A DNA stretch of 63,874 nt, filler included, from Octopus bimaculoides (GCF_001194135.2; 5 parts of 4 records of this genome joined end to end with filler, not necessarily neighbours in it), one strand, 5' to 3'; positions 39,241 through 52,009 are shown, counted from the first letter of the whole stretch. Program-made: numbers and translations. The notes: a model not told the origin generated them from the sequence alone.

Positions 39241-40109
39241 TAATAATAATGATGATGATGCACATGGCTTTAGAATATGATTCGATTCTAGTACTTAACT
39301 AACACTTTTTTTTATGAACCCTTAATGATGTAAGATAATGTTAACATAAGCATTTTTTAAACTCAGAACATAAGAGTCTGTAACTAAACACTGCAAGTAA
39401 TTTTATCCGCAACAACGATTCTACCAGCACCCCACTAGAACTGCTGCTGTTGCCGTCGCCATAAATATTACAGATGGAGTTGGCGGACGAAGATGATGAT
39501 CATGACGGCGACGACGGTGGTGGTGGTGAGGATGAAGCTATCATTAGCAACGTTAAGGGCGCTTCAAACAAGACACTCATATGTAACCGTCATATATTCT
39601 TCGAGAAAATGCTTAGTCAACAGAAAAGAAAAAGAAAAAAGAAAAACAAAGAACAGACAACTATTCTCATAAACAGACTTTCTCGACAAGGCCACATTAA
39701 TAGTGTACAGTGAACATACACCCTGATGAGAAAAGCAGCAACAACAACAAAAACTAATATTTAATACTCCAATCATCATCATGATAGCACAGAACAATAA
39801 TAATAACAACCAAATGACAGAGTCATTAATAACATTTAAGCTGATTGTTTTTGTTCCATTAGCTATAGTAAATTTGGAACTTTCTTGTTAATCTTACATT
39901 CCTAACATATTTAATGCGGGAATAACAGCTTTCTGAAAATTAAAATAAATGGAAAGAAGTAGGGCAATATTTGGTCAATTGTCTACAGAATTAGATTTCC
40001 TTAATTTAGATTTATTTTCTTCAGACGCTTAATTTATTGTTAGAGCAAATTCCGTTCTCAACTCTTTTTAACATTTTGTTTTATGCACGTGTCACATTCT
40101 TATCTGTAG

Positions 40110-40153
<44 letters not shown>

Positions 40154-40417
40154 NNNNNNNNNNNNNNNNNNNNNNNNNNNNNNNNNNNNNNNNNNNNNNN
40201 NNNNNNNNNNNNNNNNNNNNNNNNNNNNNNNNNNNNNNNNNNNNNNNNNNNNNNNNNNNNNNNNNNNNNNNNNNNNNNNNNNNNNNNNNNNNNNNNNNNN
40301 NNNNNNNNNNNNNNNNNNNNNNNNNNNNNNNNNNNNNNNNNNGTTAATGAGAGACGGAAGTTGGAAAATACCAGTATTAATCACTACAATTGTTTCAACC
40401 CACCTAGCATCATTAAC

Positions 40418-40466
<49 letters not shown>

Positions 40467-40489
40467 CGTTCATCCTTTAATTTTTTTAG

Positions 40490-40685
40490 ATATTAGACTA
40501 TAACCATGCTGGAGCCACCGCCTACAAGAATTTTTAATCGAAAGAATCGACCCCAGCAGTCATATTTTTAAAGTCTGGTGCTTATTCTTTCGGTCCCTGT
40601 TGCCAGACCACTAACTTAATCGAACGTAAACACACCAACACCAGTTGTCACGCGGTAGTGGAAGACGAATACAGAGATACACACA
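40490..40685 (-). mobile_element. SINE family A, 3' part, minus strand
   Basis: ccatgctggagccaccgcc...gaatcgacccc...cgtaaacacaccaacacc. Confidence 0.75.
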
Positions 40686-42936
40686 CACATACGCATATAT
40701 ATGTGTGTGCACACACAACCAATTAGATTTTACCTGTTATCTAAGCTCCAAACATTGCAGATCTTTAAGAAGATTGAATTGTCATCTGAGATGCTATTCT
40801 CAACGAGGAGGTGCATGGAGACTGCAGTCATCTGTGAAGATGGAACAGACACCATACATGATCTTTCATTGAGCTTAAGTCCTTGAATGTATGTATGTGT
40901 GCATGTTAATGCATGCATGTATGAATGTATTTATGCATGCATGTAGTTAGGTACGTGCATTTATGTAAGTAAGTTTGTGAATCAATGTATGTACATACAC
41001 ACATAACACACACACACATATCACTGCATGCATATTCATGATTTGTGTGTCTGTGTGTGTTGGGAGAGAGAATATTTGTGTGTGTATATGTGTGTGGGAG
41101 TATGTGTATGTGTGTGTGTATTATGCAGTTTGACTACATCCTGTACCTACACCTTAGCATCATCAGAGCATCTTATGTGGGTCTTTAAACTAGACAATGT
41201 TTTGAAATGACACCCTCATAGATTGCACCTCTGATTTGGTCAACCAAAATCTGCAGATAAAATGTCTTTTGAGGCCTCCGTTGGGTTTGCAAACCTTCTG
41301 ACATACCTACATATATACAAAAACACATACATACACGCCTGCACGCATGCATATATACATAAACACATACATACTTACATACATAATTCATACATGCATT
41401 CATACATACATACATACATACATACATACATACAAACATACATACATACTCAGCGCTCGGCCAAGTTACACGCGAGCACACATTGCAAGTATATGACTGA
41501 TTGACTCTGTGCGCATGTGTTAAGTACTCAGAGTTCAATGAATGATTGTCGTCATCAGAGAAAGCGCAAGAGAAAGAGAGGGAGGGGTAAGAGCGGGTGA
41601 GAGTCACAAAGAGAGAGCGACAGAGTGAAAGAATGAATGTTAAGATGGAAGCCAGAATTCTATAGGAATTGGAAAACGGAATGAGCCGGAGGAGAGCGGA
41701 GTGGTTGACCCGTAATATCACAGAAAATACATGTATGTATTTTTTTGTGTGTGTGGGTATGTGGGTGTGACTGCCTCTGGTCACCATTACATCGCTTTTC
41801 CACAATAAAATTAATTTCATAATTGTCATGATAAATTTCATTTTTTTTCTCAGCTTCAAGCTAGTTGGAAATTCCTTTCGAAATATGTTTGAGATTAAAA
41901 TTGTTGCACAATTTGTTGATCTATCAAAATTTCTGCATTTCAACTTTATCATTTATGGCGAAATTAGAAGTCCATATATGCATACATGTAAATATATAAG
42001 TAACGTATGTATGTGCGCGTGTATCTGTGCCATTTGCGTTCATGCGACTGTGCTTAAGCGGGCTTTTATGTAATATGCATTGATATTTTGCATATCGTTT
42101 TGTATAAGTTATTGAAAACCACTTATCCTTTCTGATGTTATTTAGCTGTTTCATATACAATTTTCTTGAATGTTGTATAGATTGCAGTCATACATTATTT
42201 TCTTTCGTTGATACAACTCCTCTTGAATATAAATACACACATGCACACATATACACAAACACACACACATGCACATATATACATAAATATAAACATATGT
42301 ATATATANNNNNNNNNNNNNNNNNNNNNNNNNNNNNNNNNNNNNNNNNNNNTTAATTAATTAANNNNNNNNNNNNNNNNNNNNNNNNNNNNNNNNNNNNN
42401 NNNNNNNGGTTTTTATCGTTGTTGTTGCTGGTGGTGGTGGTGGTGGTGTTGGTGGCGGTGTTAATTTTCATGTTTTTGTCACTGGTGCTAGTAGATGGAG
42501 AAACTGCAGTCGCCTCCGATCCAGATTTCCTCATAGTTTTCATGGTGGTGGTGGTGGTGAGATAGCTGTTTGTAGCTGTAATCGCCGTCTTTGTGACGAT
42601 TACAGCAGCTGCGTTCCTATCACTAATTGAGCACGCGTTACTCTGTTCTTTTTTTTCTTCTAGCATCTGAAGCCTCGGGAAATGCTCGTCAAAAGAACAA
42701 GACACGCGTTCCAAAATTATGTTTCTCGACATTTTTCAAATGTCAAGAAGGAAATTTTTGTATTTTGCTAGGGCCGAAACTGCCCCTGGGGGCCAATTCC
42801 TGCCCTTGAAAATATACACAAATGAAGCCTAGGTGCTTCGCAACAAAATAATTAAAAAATTCCAACAAAATGTGGACAATAAAAGGTCAAATAAACGTTT
42901 ACCTTCGCAGCCGCTGTGACAGCACTCCGTGAGAAG

Positions 42937-42985
<49 letters not shown>

Positions 42986-43317
42986 CCACAGAATCTTCCA
43001 AAGCTATAAGCCCTCGATTAATTACTATCCCAGCATAAAATCATCAAAGAAGACAATCCTGCAATATCAATATATGTGATAAAACAAACAACAAAGCTGT
43101 GGAAGATTTAACAAGATGGAACTTACGACAAAGACGGACAATTCAGAACGATGGGTGCATAAAATATAGAAGATTCTCATACCACAAACATACTCTAGAT
43201 TCTTTCCAATGTACGTTAGGAAACTGGTCAAAGAAAGAAGTTGTTTACAAAAAGGTAGAATTGGAGATTATAACCAATCACTATTCAAATATCTATCTAT
43301 CTATCTATCTACCTATG

Positions 43318-43353
<36 letters not shown>

Positions 43354-43418
43354 CATCTATCTATCTATCTGTATATATATATATTTGTATATATATGTAT
43401 ATATATGTATATGTATTC

Positions 43419-43472
<54 letters not shown>

Positions 43473-43892
43473 TTATATATATATGTATATATTCAAATGG
43501 GATTTCAGTAAAGGTAAATGCGGTTAAAATGTTATATTATGTTAAGTGCTCTACAAGATATTACATTAAAATAAGATAGAATATTTTAAGCTGCGATGAA
43601 GCCATAATACGTTATCGAATTCACAGCTACACATAAGAAAGAGCTGTGCATAGACACACATGCGAAAACATTTGGTTTAAACGCCAAAGAAATTTTATGT
43701 GAATTGAAACATAAGTAATTGAATAATAAATATTATACACAACTTGAATACACTTCTAAAAAATTTGATATCTGCAGCACTATCAATATAAACAACTTAT
43801 TTCATCCTAACGCGATTTAAGTCTAACACGTTGAAATCTAGGTGCAACAACGATATGTATATAAACACCTATAAATCTTTAGATATACATTT

Positions 43893-44060
43893 GTGCGTGT
43901 TTGTAAGTAGCTTGCTTACCAACCACATGATTCCGGGTTCAGTCCCGCTGCACAGCACCTTGCGCAGGTGACTTCCACTATAGCCTCGAGCCGACCAAAG
44001 CCTTGTGAGTGGATTTAGTAGACAGAAACTGGAAGAAGCTCGTCGTATATGTGTCTGTGT
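43893..44060 (+). mobile_element. SINE family A, 5' half
   Basis: gtaagtagcttgcttaccaaccacatgattccgggttcagtcccgctgcacagcaccttgcgcagg...gaagaagctcgtcgtat. Confidence 0.85.
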
Positions 44061-44164
44061 GTGTGTGTGTGCGTATGTGTGTGTGTGTTTGTGTTTGTGT
44101 TTGTATGTGTGTGTATACATATATATGCGTATGTATGTGTGTGTGCATGCGCGTGTATGAAGCT

Positions 44165-44305
44165 AGGGTGTATGGTAAGCATCTTACTTTCCTACCACAT
44201 TGTTCCAGGTTCAGTCCCACAGCCTGGCACCTCTACTATAGCTTCTAGTGGGCCAAACAATTGTGAGTGGATTTGGTAGAGGGAAACTGAAAGAAGCCCA
44301 TGGTC
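44165..44305 (+). mobile_element. SINE family A, 5' half, diverged
   Basis: tatggtaagcatcttactttcctaccacattgttccaggttcagtcccac...gtgagtggatttggtagagggaaactgaaagaagccc. Confidence 0.75.
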
Positions 44306-44319
44306 TATAGATCGATGTG

Positions 44320-44375
<56 letters not shown>

Positions 44376-45233
44376 AGATTTATTTGCATTTAGTTGTCTT
44401 AAGGCACTTTTACAGTGTGTTCATTTTATTTTAGTTATTTATTTGTTATGCATCTCTGCCATGTATTACGATCTCTTTATGATATCATTTCATTGCCACA
44501 TTCATATCAACAGTTTGTCTAACGCGATCATGTCCTTCGTAAAATATATTGTGAAAGGCCTGGTGTCCTGTAGTGTGGACTCCTAACTTCCGTGACATGA
44601 AACGTCGGGTATTTTATAATGTTGGGATGTTTTCGAACGTGATGTGTTGATAGCGATTCGTTTCTGAATAAGCCTGGGATAATCACAAGATATGGTCAAA
44701 GCTCTTGCCGAAGAGACCTTTCTGAGTCCCAGAATGACGGCAACTAAGTATATCAACTCTCCAAACGTATTGGGGAGGTGGTTAAGCCTGAATCAACTGG
44801 TGACCCTTCTGGTGAAGGTGTGTTCCTCACAGGCTTTGTTCTGTTCCCCATAGCCTTCAATGCTAAAGGATTATCTAGTTGAGAATTTCAACCATTTGGT
44901 GCAAACCCCACACCGTAAACTCATGGGGCTGCTGATCTCTACACCTGTGACAGCTCGATTTGAGATGAAGTGGGGCTAACTAACAACAATAGCAGCTCTA
45001 ACAGTAAATATCAAGAACAAGAACAAAAATAAATAATAACATTAAACCTTATCATTTGCATAAAGTAATCTCGATATAAAACATCTTTTAAATGTGTCTA
45101 ATGATAAATTGGGTCTTTTAGTAACAGAGTGTCGTAAGCGATACCATGGCCATTTTCGAAGTAATTCTATCACTTTCTTTGTCTCGATTGGTGAGGCTTG
45201 CAATAAGGTCGAAACTCTGGCTGAAAAAATTGT

Positions 45234-45355
45234 TGGGGGTTTTGTTTATAACAGAAGATTTTTTTTTTTGGCGGGGGTGAGGCTTTGGAGACAATGGAAG
45301 ATGTATAAGCAGATAGATAGATAGACAGGCAGATAGAGAGATAGATAGATAGACT

Positions 45356-45411
<56 letters not shown>

Positions 45412-45562
45412 TATAGACTATCAGTCTATCCATCTATCTCTTTATCTGCCTGTCTATCTATCTATCTGCTTATACATCTTCCATTGTCTTCAAATCCTCA
45501 CCCTCCAAAAAACAAAAACAAAACAAAACAAAACAATGTTCTATTATAAACAAAACCCCCCC
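45234..45562. repeat. Inverted repeat with a (GATA)n loop
   Basis: 45234-45360 pairs with 45418-45562 (ggagacaatggaagatgtataagcagatag... / ...ctatctgcttatacatcttccattgtct); loop 45361-45417 is (GATA)n. Confidence 0.85.
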
Positions 45563-45740
45563 AAAACACCTGTTTTATATAAATAAGCAAGATCTCTGTA
45601 TTTTCACAGAATTATATTTGACAAGTTCGAAAGACGAACGAAAACGCTAATATATGTATAAAATAAATGAAAGAAGTTNNNNNNNNNNNNNNNNNNNNNN
45701 NNNNNNNNNNNNNNNNNNNNNNNNNNNNNNNNNNNNNNNN

Positions 45741-45773
<33 letters not shown>

Positions 45774-45948
45774 CAAGGTTGGCCAAAACTCACCTGACGG
45801 TAAATCGGAGCCATTTAATTCCAACATTTATTTGTGTTTCACAACGGAATTAATTTAATAAAAGCATCTAAATATGAAACATCATGAAAATTACGTTAGT
45901 TAGATTATTTACATTTGACGGATATTTGTCCTTATCTTGTGTGTTGTT

Positions 45949-45994
45949 AACACTACGTTTCGGCTGATATACCCACCAGCCGTCATCAGGTGTC
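45949..45994 (-). ncRNA. Minimal type I hammerhead ribozyme with intact catalytic core
   Basis: Minus strand: GACAC-CTGATGA-C-GGCTG-gtgggtatat-CAGCC-GAAA-CG-TA-GTGTT. Stem I GACAC/GTGTT, 5-bp stem II, palindromic ACGT helix III, GUA cleavage triplet. Confidence 0.75.
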
Positions 45995-46119
45995 TTGGGG
46001 AAATTTCGAATGCCTACAGGCATATGGTGTAGTGGTCAAGAGCATGGGCTACTAACCCCAAGATTCCGAGTTCGACTCCAAGCAGTGACCTGAATAGTAA
46101 TAATAATAATGATAATAAT

Positions 46120-46465
46120 AATACTCTCTAAAAGAAATGGAAAAACTTTCAAAATACAAAGACCTGGAAATAGAGGTAACTCGAATGTGGAATCTAAAAA
46201 CAGAAACAATTCCTATTATAGTAGGTACCTTAGGTATAATAAAAAAATATTCAGACAAATACATAACAAAAACACCAGGACTTACAAATATATATAACAT
46301 ACAGAAAATTGCACTACTGGGCACAGCACACATCCTACACAAAACACTTTCAATACAGTAACCATAAGAGCACCACAGCAAACCACAGCACATACCCAAG
46401 GCGCACAGAGTTGCGCTCGGTAGTGAAGTGAAAGCACGTTATAAAAATAAAACTACTGAATAATG
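46120..46465 (+). mobile_element. R4/Dong-like non-LTR retrotransposon 3' end
   Basis: KEMEKLSKYKDLEIEVTRMWNLKTETIPIIVGTLG...IQKIALLGTAHILHKTLSIQ* (RLE C-terminus), flanked by (TAA)n on both sides. Confidence 0.88.
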
Positions 46466-47089
46466 ATAATAATAATAATGATAATAACAACAACAATAAC
46501 AACATCGAAAAATACCTTAGGAATGAGAACCCAGGNNNNNNNNNNNNNNNNNNNNNNNNNNNNNNNNNNNNNNNNNNNNNNNNNNNNNNNNNNNNNNNNN
46601 NNNNNNNNNNNNNNNNNNNNNNNNNNNNNNNNNNNNNNNNNNNNNNNNNNNNNNNNNNNNNNNNNNNNNNNNNNNNNNNNNNNNNNNNNNNNNNNNNNNN
46701 NNNNNNNNNNNNNNNNNNNNNNNNNNNNNNNNNNNNNNNNNNNNNNNNNNNNNNNNNNNNNNNNNNNNNNNNNNNNNNNNNNNNNNNNNNNNNNNNNNNN
46801 NNNNNNNNNNNNNNNNNNNNNNNNNNNNNNNNNNNNNNNNNNNNNNNNNNNNNNNNNNNNNNNNNNNNNNNNNNNNNNNNNNNNNNNNNNNNNNNNNNNN
46901 NNNNNNNNTATATATATATATATATATATATATCCTGCCATCTTAAATTATTTTTCATGGTATATCAGTTCTTGGTATACAAAGGAGACTGGATTGTTAC
47001 AACCAGAATGCCATTAATTGTTATTTTGTTCAATCACCATTGATAATTAGGGACTAAACAATACCAGCAACAATAAAAAAGAAAATAGT

Positions 47090-47122
<33 letters not shown>

Positions 47123-48924
47123 TACAACAGCAACACAACAGTGACAACGATGACAGCAACAGCAACAACAGCGACACCAAGAGGCAAACACACTAAACAA
47201 CATAAACCTTGTTATTGATAAACACTTTAGCCTAATTATTTTCATAACTAATCGAAGCTGGTGATTTATTGATTATTTTCTTCGTTACTGTTTTAATTAA
47301 TTCAAAATATTATGTCCGCATCTTTACTCTCACCGCCCTTTCCTCCTCCTTCAACGCTTTTCTAGCCATATTATACAACCTTTATATCTGACAATAAATT
47401 TATAAACTAAACACCGGAAGCTGCTAATCTTCCATTCAGAACAAGTTGCTTTGTTCTTATACGCTTTACTAATGAATATCTACTATATTCATTAATCATT
47501 TTGTTGTTAGATAAATTCAATACGTGTTTTATATCGAGATTAGTTTATGGCAGTGATAAGGTTTAATCAATAGTGTTATTCATTGCCGTTCTTGATGTTG
47601 TTATTACTGCTATAGCAACGATTATTGCTGTTGTTGCTGATGATGGTGTTGTTATGGTTTAGTCCTACTTCATATCGAATCAAGGAGATAAACCTCTATA
47701 ATTCATTGAAGCTGTGTAACTGGGAAGTGTGTAACTGCGTAAATGGGAAGTGTGCCACTGAAGCAGCCCTTAATTTGAGGCCGACCTGCCACACACCACC
47801 CCCTATACACAATTAGACAGTAAACCCCAGAATGATGTCCTCTTAAAAGTGCCACGCGGCGAAGACCACCGCCTATTGCCCCTATCGTATCTATGCATTC
47901 CAGTTGTAATAACCCTATGTTTTTTTTTTTGTTTCATAGAATATACACGAGTACACCACCTACTAAAACCTTCATTTTTCAAAACGTTACTATATAAGTT
48001 GAGGGAAGTTTGGTTCTTATATCTAACGGATTTTGTGATGCAGGTAGCTTGAGCTATAACTTCTTCGGAAATGAGTTTCTTCTTGTTACAGTTTTTGCCA
48101 AGAACAACACTAATCCACCAGATATATTATGAAGCGTCTTCAAACCCTACTTATCTGGATCTGTTTTAATCCAAAATTTAACAAAGCCAATATACCAAGT
48201 ATATCCTTGTTTTTTTGTTTAAGGATGTTGTGCATGATACAAAGCCGTTTTGGTTGCTATTTCTAAAGGTTTGAAAGACTAAGTAGAAGCTTATGTATTA
48301 GCCGGTTCAGTTAATGGTTTTGTAAAGGACCTTGACGTAAAATTAGACAAATCCGAGCAAAATTCTCTTCCTGAGTTTCTTTACATTTACGTTCCAACTG
48401 TGTTGAAACTCATCACAATCTTCTTTTACTGCTATTTCATCATAGCTCGTATGATGCGTTGTATGGCTGGGCCCAATAAAATTTGCAACTTTCAAATATT
48501 GATTTCGAATAAATGTCTATAGCCTTTTCCGCAATTTTGGACCAATAGTGTGTTTTAAGAAAAGGCATTCTTGAGATATCCTGAATTGAACTGTAGTTCA
48601 CTGCAAACGAAATGCCTCACCGTATTTTGTGCATTCCCGTTTACGAAGTTTGTCAACATTTAGTCTAGTGGTTTTCTGCCCTAGGGCATATCTTGTGCGT
48701 GTGAACTTATTCTAGCATTCTCTATACGACATGTGTGGATTCGTACCCCCGCCTGCCGCCGTTAAGTAGATTCCTCAAATTCCGGCCACCATGGTTAAAC
48801 TTGGGTTGCATACAGGAATGGTTTATCAATGATTTCACCACACAGGCGGGATTTTAACTAAGATTGTAGAGAATTGGAAGATATAGCGTCAGGTATCTCC
48901 GCCGATACAACAACGAATCTGCTG

Positions 48925-49038
48925 CGTGAAATGAAGTGCTTTGCTGAAGAACACAACGTGACACCCGGTCCTGGAATCGAACCCCCGATCGAACTATAGA
49001 GAGTGCAATACCCTAACTACTTGGCCACGCACCTTCAC
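48925..49038 (-). mobile_element. SINE family C head (tRNA-derived)
   Basis: Minus strand gtgaaggtgcgtggccaagtagttagggtattgcac...ggttcgattccaggaccggg...gttgtgttcttcagcaaagcac with A/B boxes. Confidence 0.7.
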
Positions 49039-49206
49039 ATGTATATTGGAATATCGCTCAGAATTTTAGTTTCATCCCTCATATATATATATATAAACAT
49101 ATGTATATATATATATATATATATATNNNNNNNNNNNNNNNNNNNNNNNNNNNNNNNNNNNNNNNNNNNNTTAATTAATTAANNNNNNNNNNNNNNNNNN
49201 NNNNNN

Positions 49207-49543
49207 NNNNNNNNNNNNNNNNNNNNAAAGCCTTTTGGTAGTCCACCCAGGCCATACTGAGGCCTTTCTTCTTTCTGCGGCTGTCTTCAGTTATGGCTTT
49301 ATTGATCAATAATTGATCTTTACAGCCGTATGAGCCCTTGCAGCATCCCTTCTGCTCTTCTGGAAACAGGTTGTTATTTTCCAGGTGTTTACTCAATCTC
49401 TGCGATATTATTGCAGTAAAGGCTTTGTAGATCGTAGGGAGACAGGTTATAGGTCTATAGTTTTGTGGTTTCTCCGTTTCCGTGGATTTGGGGATTAAGA
49501 TGGTTTTCCCTTTTGTGAGCTATTCAGGCATTGTCTCTGGACC

Positions 49544-49545
<2 letters not shown>
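49207..49545 (-). mobile_element. R4/Dong-like RT fragment
   Basis: KGKTILIPKS...NYRPITCLPTIYKAFTAII...LFPEEQKGC...GCKDQLLINKAI...LSMAWVDYQKA: RT domains 0-3 of R4-clade elements; begins after a (TAA)n tract. Confidence 0.9.
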
Positions 49546-49583
<38 letters not shown>

Positions 49584-49825
49584 TATTATTATTCAGGTCA
49601 CTGAGTTTGATTCCAAGTAGTGACCTGAATAATAATGATAATAACATCGAAAAATACCTTAGGAATGAGAACCCAGGTTTGAAATTTCCCAAAGACACCT
49701 TATGAAGGCTGGAGGATATATCAGCCGAAACAGTGTATTAACAAACAAGATGAGGGCAAATATCTGTCAAATGTAAATAATGTAAATAGTGTACATAATT
49801 CCTCATCTCTTAAATATAGAACCAT
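49545..49825. mobile_element. Head-to-head PLE-module fragments; the plus copy has a degenerate hammerhead (49694-49739)
   Basis: attattattcaggtcactg|agtttgattccaagtagtgacctgaataataat is an inversion junction; then pLTR with GACAC-CTTATGA-A-GGCTG..CAGCC-GAAAC. Confidence 0.8.
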
Positions 49826-49827
49826 AT

Positions 49828-50666
49828 TAAAAAAATAACTTATTTACCCAAGTTTTAACATCATCTTCTTTGAAATAGTGACCCTGCACTGCAATACACT
49901 GGTCCCAACATTCTTGCACTTTTGGAATCTGACCTGGAAGTCGTTTTCCATAAGTAAGTCAAGGCCCTTTTGCAACTCACTCTGGATCTTGACTTTGAGC
50001 TATATTTTCATATCAATGACCATGAGACTGCACTTGGAAGTCGGAGGTACTAAATCTGGGGAATAGGGTGGGTGCAGAAGCGATACCATGTTGTTTTTGG
50101 TGAGAAATTCATGATTGGGGAGAGCTCAGTGAAGAATCCAATTCTTCACATTCCGTAGATCCAGTTGCTTTTGCTGAATGTTCTCCCTCAAATGCTTCAA
50201 AACAGCACAGTAGAACTCTTGATTGACAGTCTGGCCCTGGGGAACATATTCTCCATGCACACATACCACATTTCTGGGGGTGATGATCATGAAAGGTCTT
50301 CAAGATCTCTCATTGTCTTCCAGGGGTGTTCTTCTGCTTTTGAAGCACCCATGCCTCTCAAAACATTGCATACAACCCATTGCCTGTAAGCTTTCCAAAG
50401 CATGCTCAACATTTCTGTAGAACACTTCCCAAGTTTAATGCAAAATTTCACATTGGCTCTTTGTTTCTCTCCATGTCAAAATCGCAGACTACAGCATACA
50501 CGTGATCACAAAAGCACAAATTTCACAACTTGTAAACTAAACACAGCTGTCACTCAGCGCAATGCCTCATGAAGGTCAGTGTTCGCTCTCACTGCACACA
50601 CAACCATGTGCTGCCTTCTGTTGGCAAACTACAGAGCTAGTCTGAGAACTTTTTGATACCACCCTG
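49828..50666 (-). mobile_element. Mariner-like relic, same family as 25922-26771
   Basis: Right end gtctgagaactttttgataccaccctg|TA matches the family TIR; body is the reverse complement homolog of the first copy; the other TIR is replaced by the PLE pLTR. Confidence 0.8.
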
Positions 50667-50679
50667 TACAAATATCATC

Positions 50680-51050
50680 ATCATCATCGTCGTTTAACGT
50701 CCGCTTTCCATGCTAGCATGGGTTGGACGATTTGACTGAGGACTGGTGAAACCAGATGGCTACACCAGGCTCCAATCTGATTTGGCAGAGTTTCTACAGC
50801 TGGATGCCCTTCCTAACGCCAACCACTCAGAGAATGTAGTGGGTGCTTTTATGTGCCACCGGCACGAAGGCCAGTCAGGCAGTACTGGCAACGGCCATGC
50901 TCAAAATGGTGTATTTTATGTGCCACCCGCACAAGAGCCAGTCCAGGGGCACTGGCAACGATCTCGCTCGAAAGTCCTTACACATGCCGCGGCACAAGTG
51001 CCAGAAAGGCGACGCTGGGCACAGGTGCCATATATTCCCTCAAATGCCCT
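50680..51050 (-). mobile_element. RTE-type 3' UTR (or RTE-mobilised SINE tail), minus strand, (GAT)n tail
   Basis: atcatcatcatcgtcgtttaacgtccgctttccatgctagcatgggttggac...ggatgcccttcctaacgccaacc is the reverse-complement homolog of 51780-51930. Confidence 0.75.
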
Positions 51051-51054
51051 GGTG

Positions 51055-51932
51055 GCTCATTAGATGTAGTAAATAATTTCTGCTATCTAGGGGGCCAAAT
51101 AAGTAGTGGGGGAAGATGCACAGACAGTGATAACTAAAATAATAGAATGGAGGAAATCCTGTTGGCAACGAAAGGTTTCTCTCTCCAAGTGAAAGGAAAA
51201 TTGTATGATGTATGTATACGGACAGCAATTCTGCATGGTAGTGAGATGTGGGCCCTGAATGCAGAGGACATGCGAAGGATAGAAAGGACTGGGGGTAGTA
51301 CGCTCCACTGGATGTGTAATGTAAATGTACATGTTTGACACAGTGCTAGTGTTCTGAGAGGAATTGGTTGCTATGTGCAAGAGAGAAGATTGCACTGGTT
51401 TGGTCATGTAATGCAGATGGATGCCGACAACTCCATAAAGAAGTGCTAAGCTCTCAAAGTGGATGGAACTTGTGGAAGTGGGAGATCCAAGAAGACAAAG
51501 GATGAAGTACTGAAGAACGACCTCAGGATGCTGAACCTTTCAGGTGAGATGACAAAGGACTGAAATGCCTGGTACTTTGCCATACTCAAGAAGACCCGTA
51601 CTCTGCAACAGAAGTGATAAGACTAATCCTTCTGGTAGTGTAAATCAATTGTGACAGTGCTACATAAAAGCGCTTGTGTAATGCCACACAAAAGCACCTG
51701 TGCAGGGCCATGTAAAAGCACCCATGCAGCACCATATACAAGTGTCTGTACGGTGCCATGTAAAAGTGCCCAGCACACTGTAAAGTGGTCGGCATAAGGA
51801 AGGGCATTCAGCTGTGGAAAGCATGCTAAATTAGACTGGGGTCTGGTTTAGCTCCCCAGTTTGCCAGGTCAGGTCATACTATCCAACCCATTCCAGCATA
51901 GACAGTAGATGTTAAGTGATGATGACGATGAT
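51055..51932 (+). mobile_element. RTE-clade LINE 3' part (decayed ORF end, tandem-repeat 3' UTR, (GAT)n tail)
   Basis: DVVNNFCYLGGQISSGG...KGKLYDVCIRTAILHGSEMWAL...ERRLHWFGHVMQM...GRSKKT..EVLKNDL; short gtgccatgtaaaagcacc-like repeats at 51650-51780. Confidence 0.85.
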
Positions 51933-51947
51933 ATATAGATATATATA

Positions 51948-51979
<32 letters not shown>

Positions 51980-52009
51980 TATACTCACACTCACACACAC
52001 ACACATGCA

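Larger units (their letters stand above)
45895..46535 (+). mobile_element. Short PLE-module copy: inverted pLTR (45895-46010), tRNA-like head (46013-46092), (TAA)n, Dong insertion, start of direct pLTR (truncated by gap)
   Basis: Head catatggtgtagtggtcaagagc...gagttcgactccaagcagtgacctgaat; module resumes aacatcgaaaaataccttaggaatgagaacccagg at ~46500-46535. Confidence 0.85.

Noticed and set aside
44560-44990. GC-richer segment with a hint of APE-endonuclease motif (EHTFTRR...FRLNHL) on the minus strand
   Set aside because: Similarity too weak to call; frames are interrupted.
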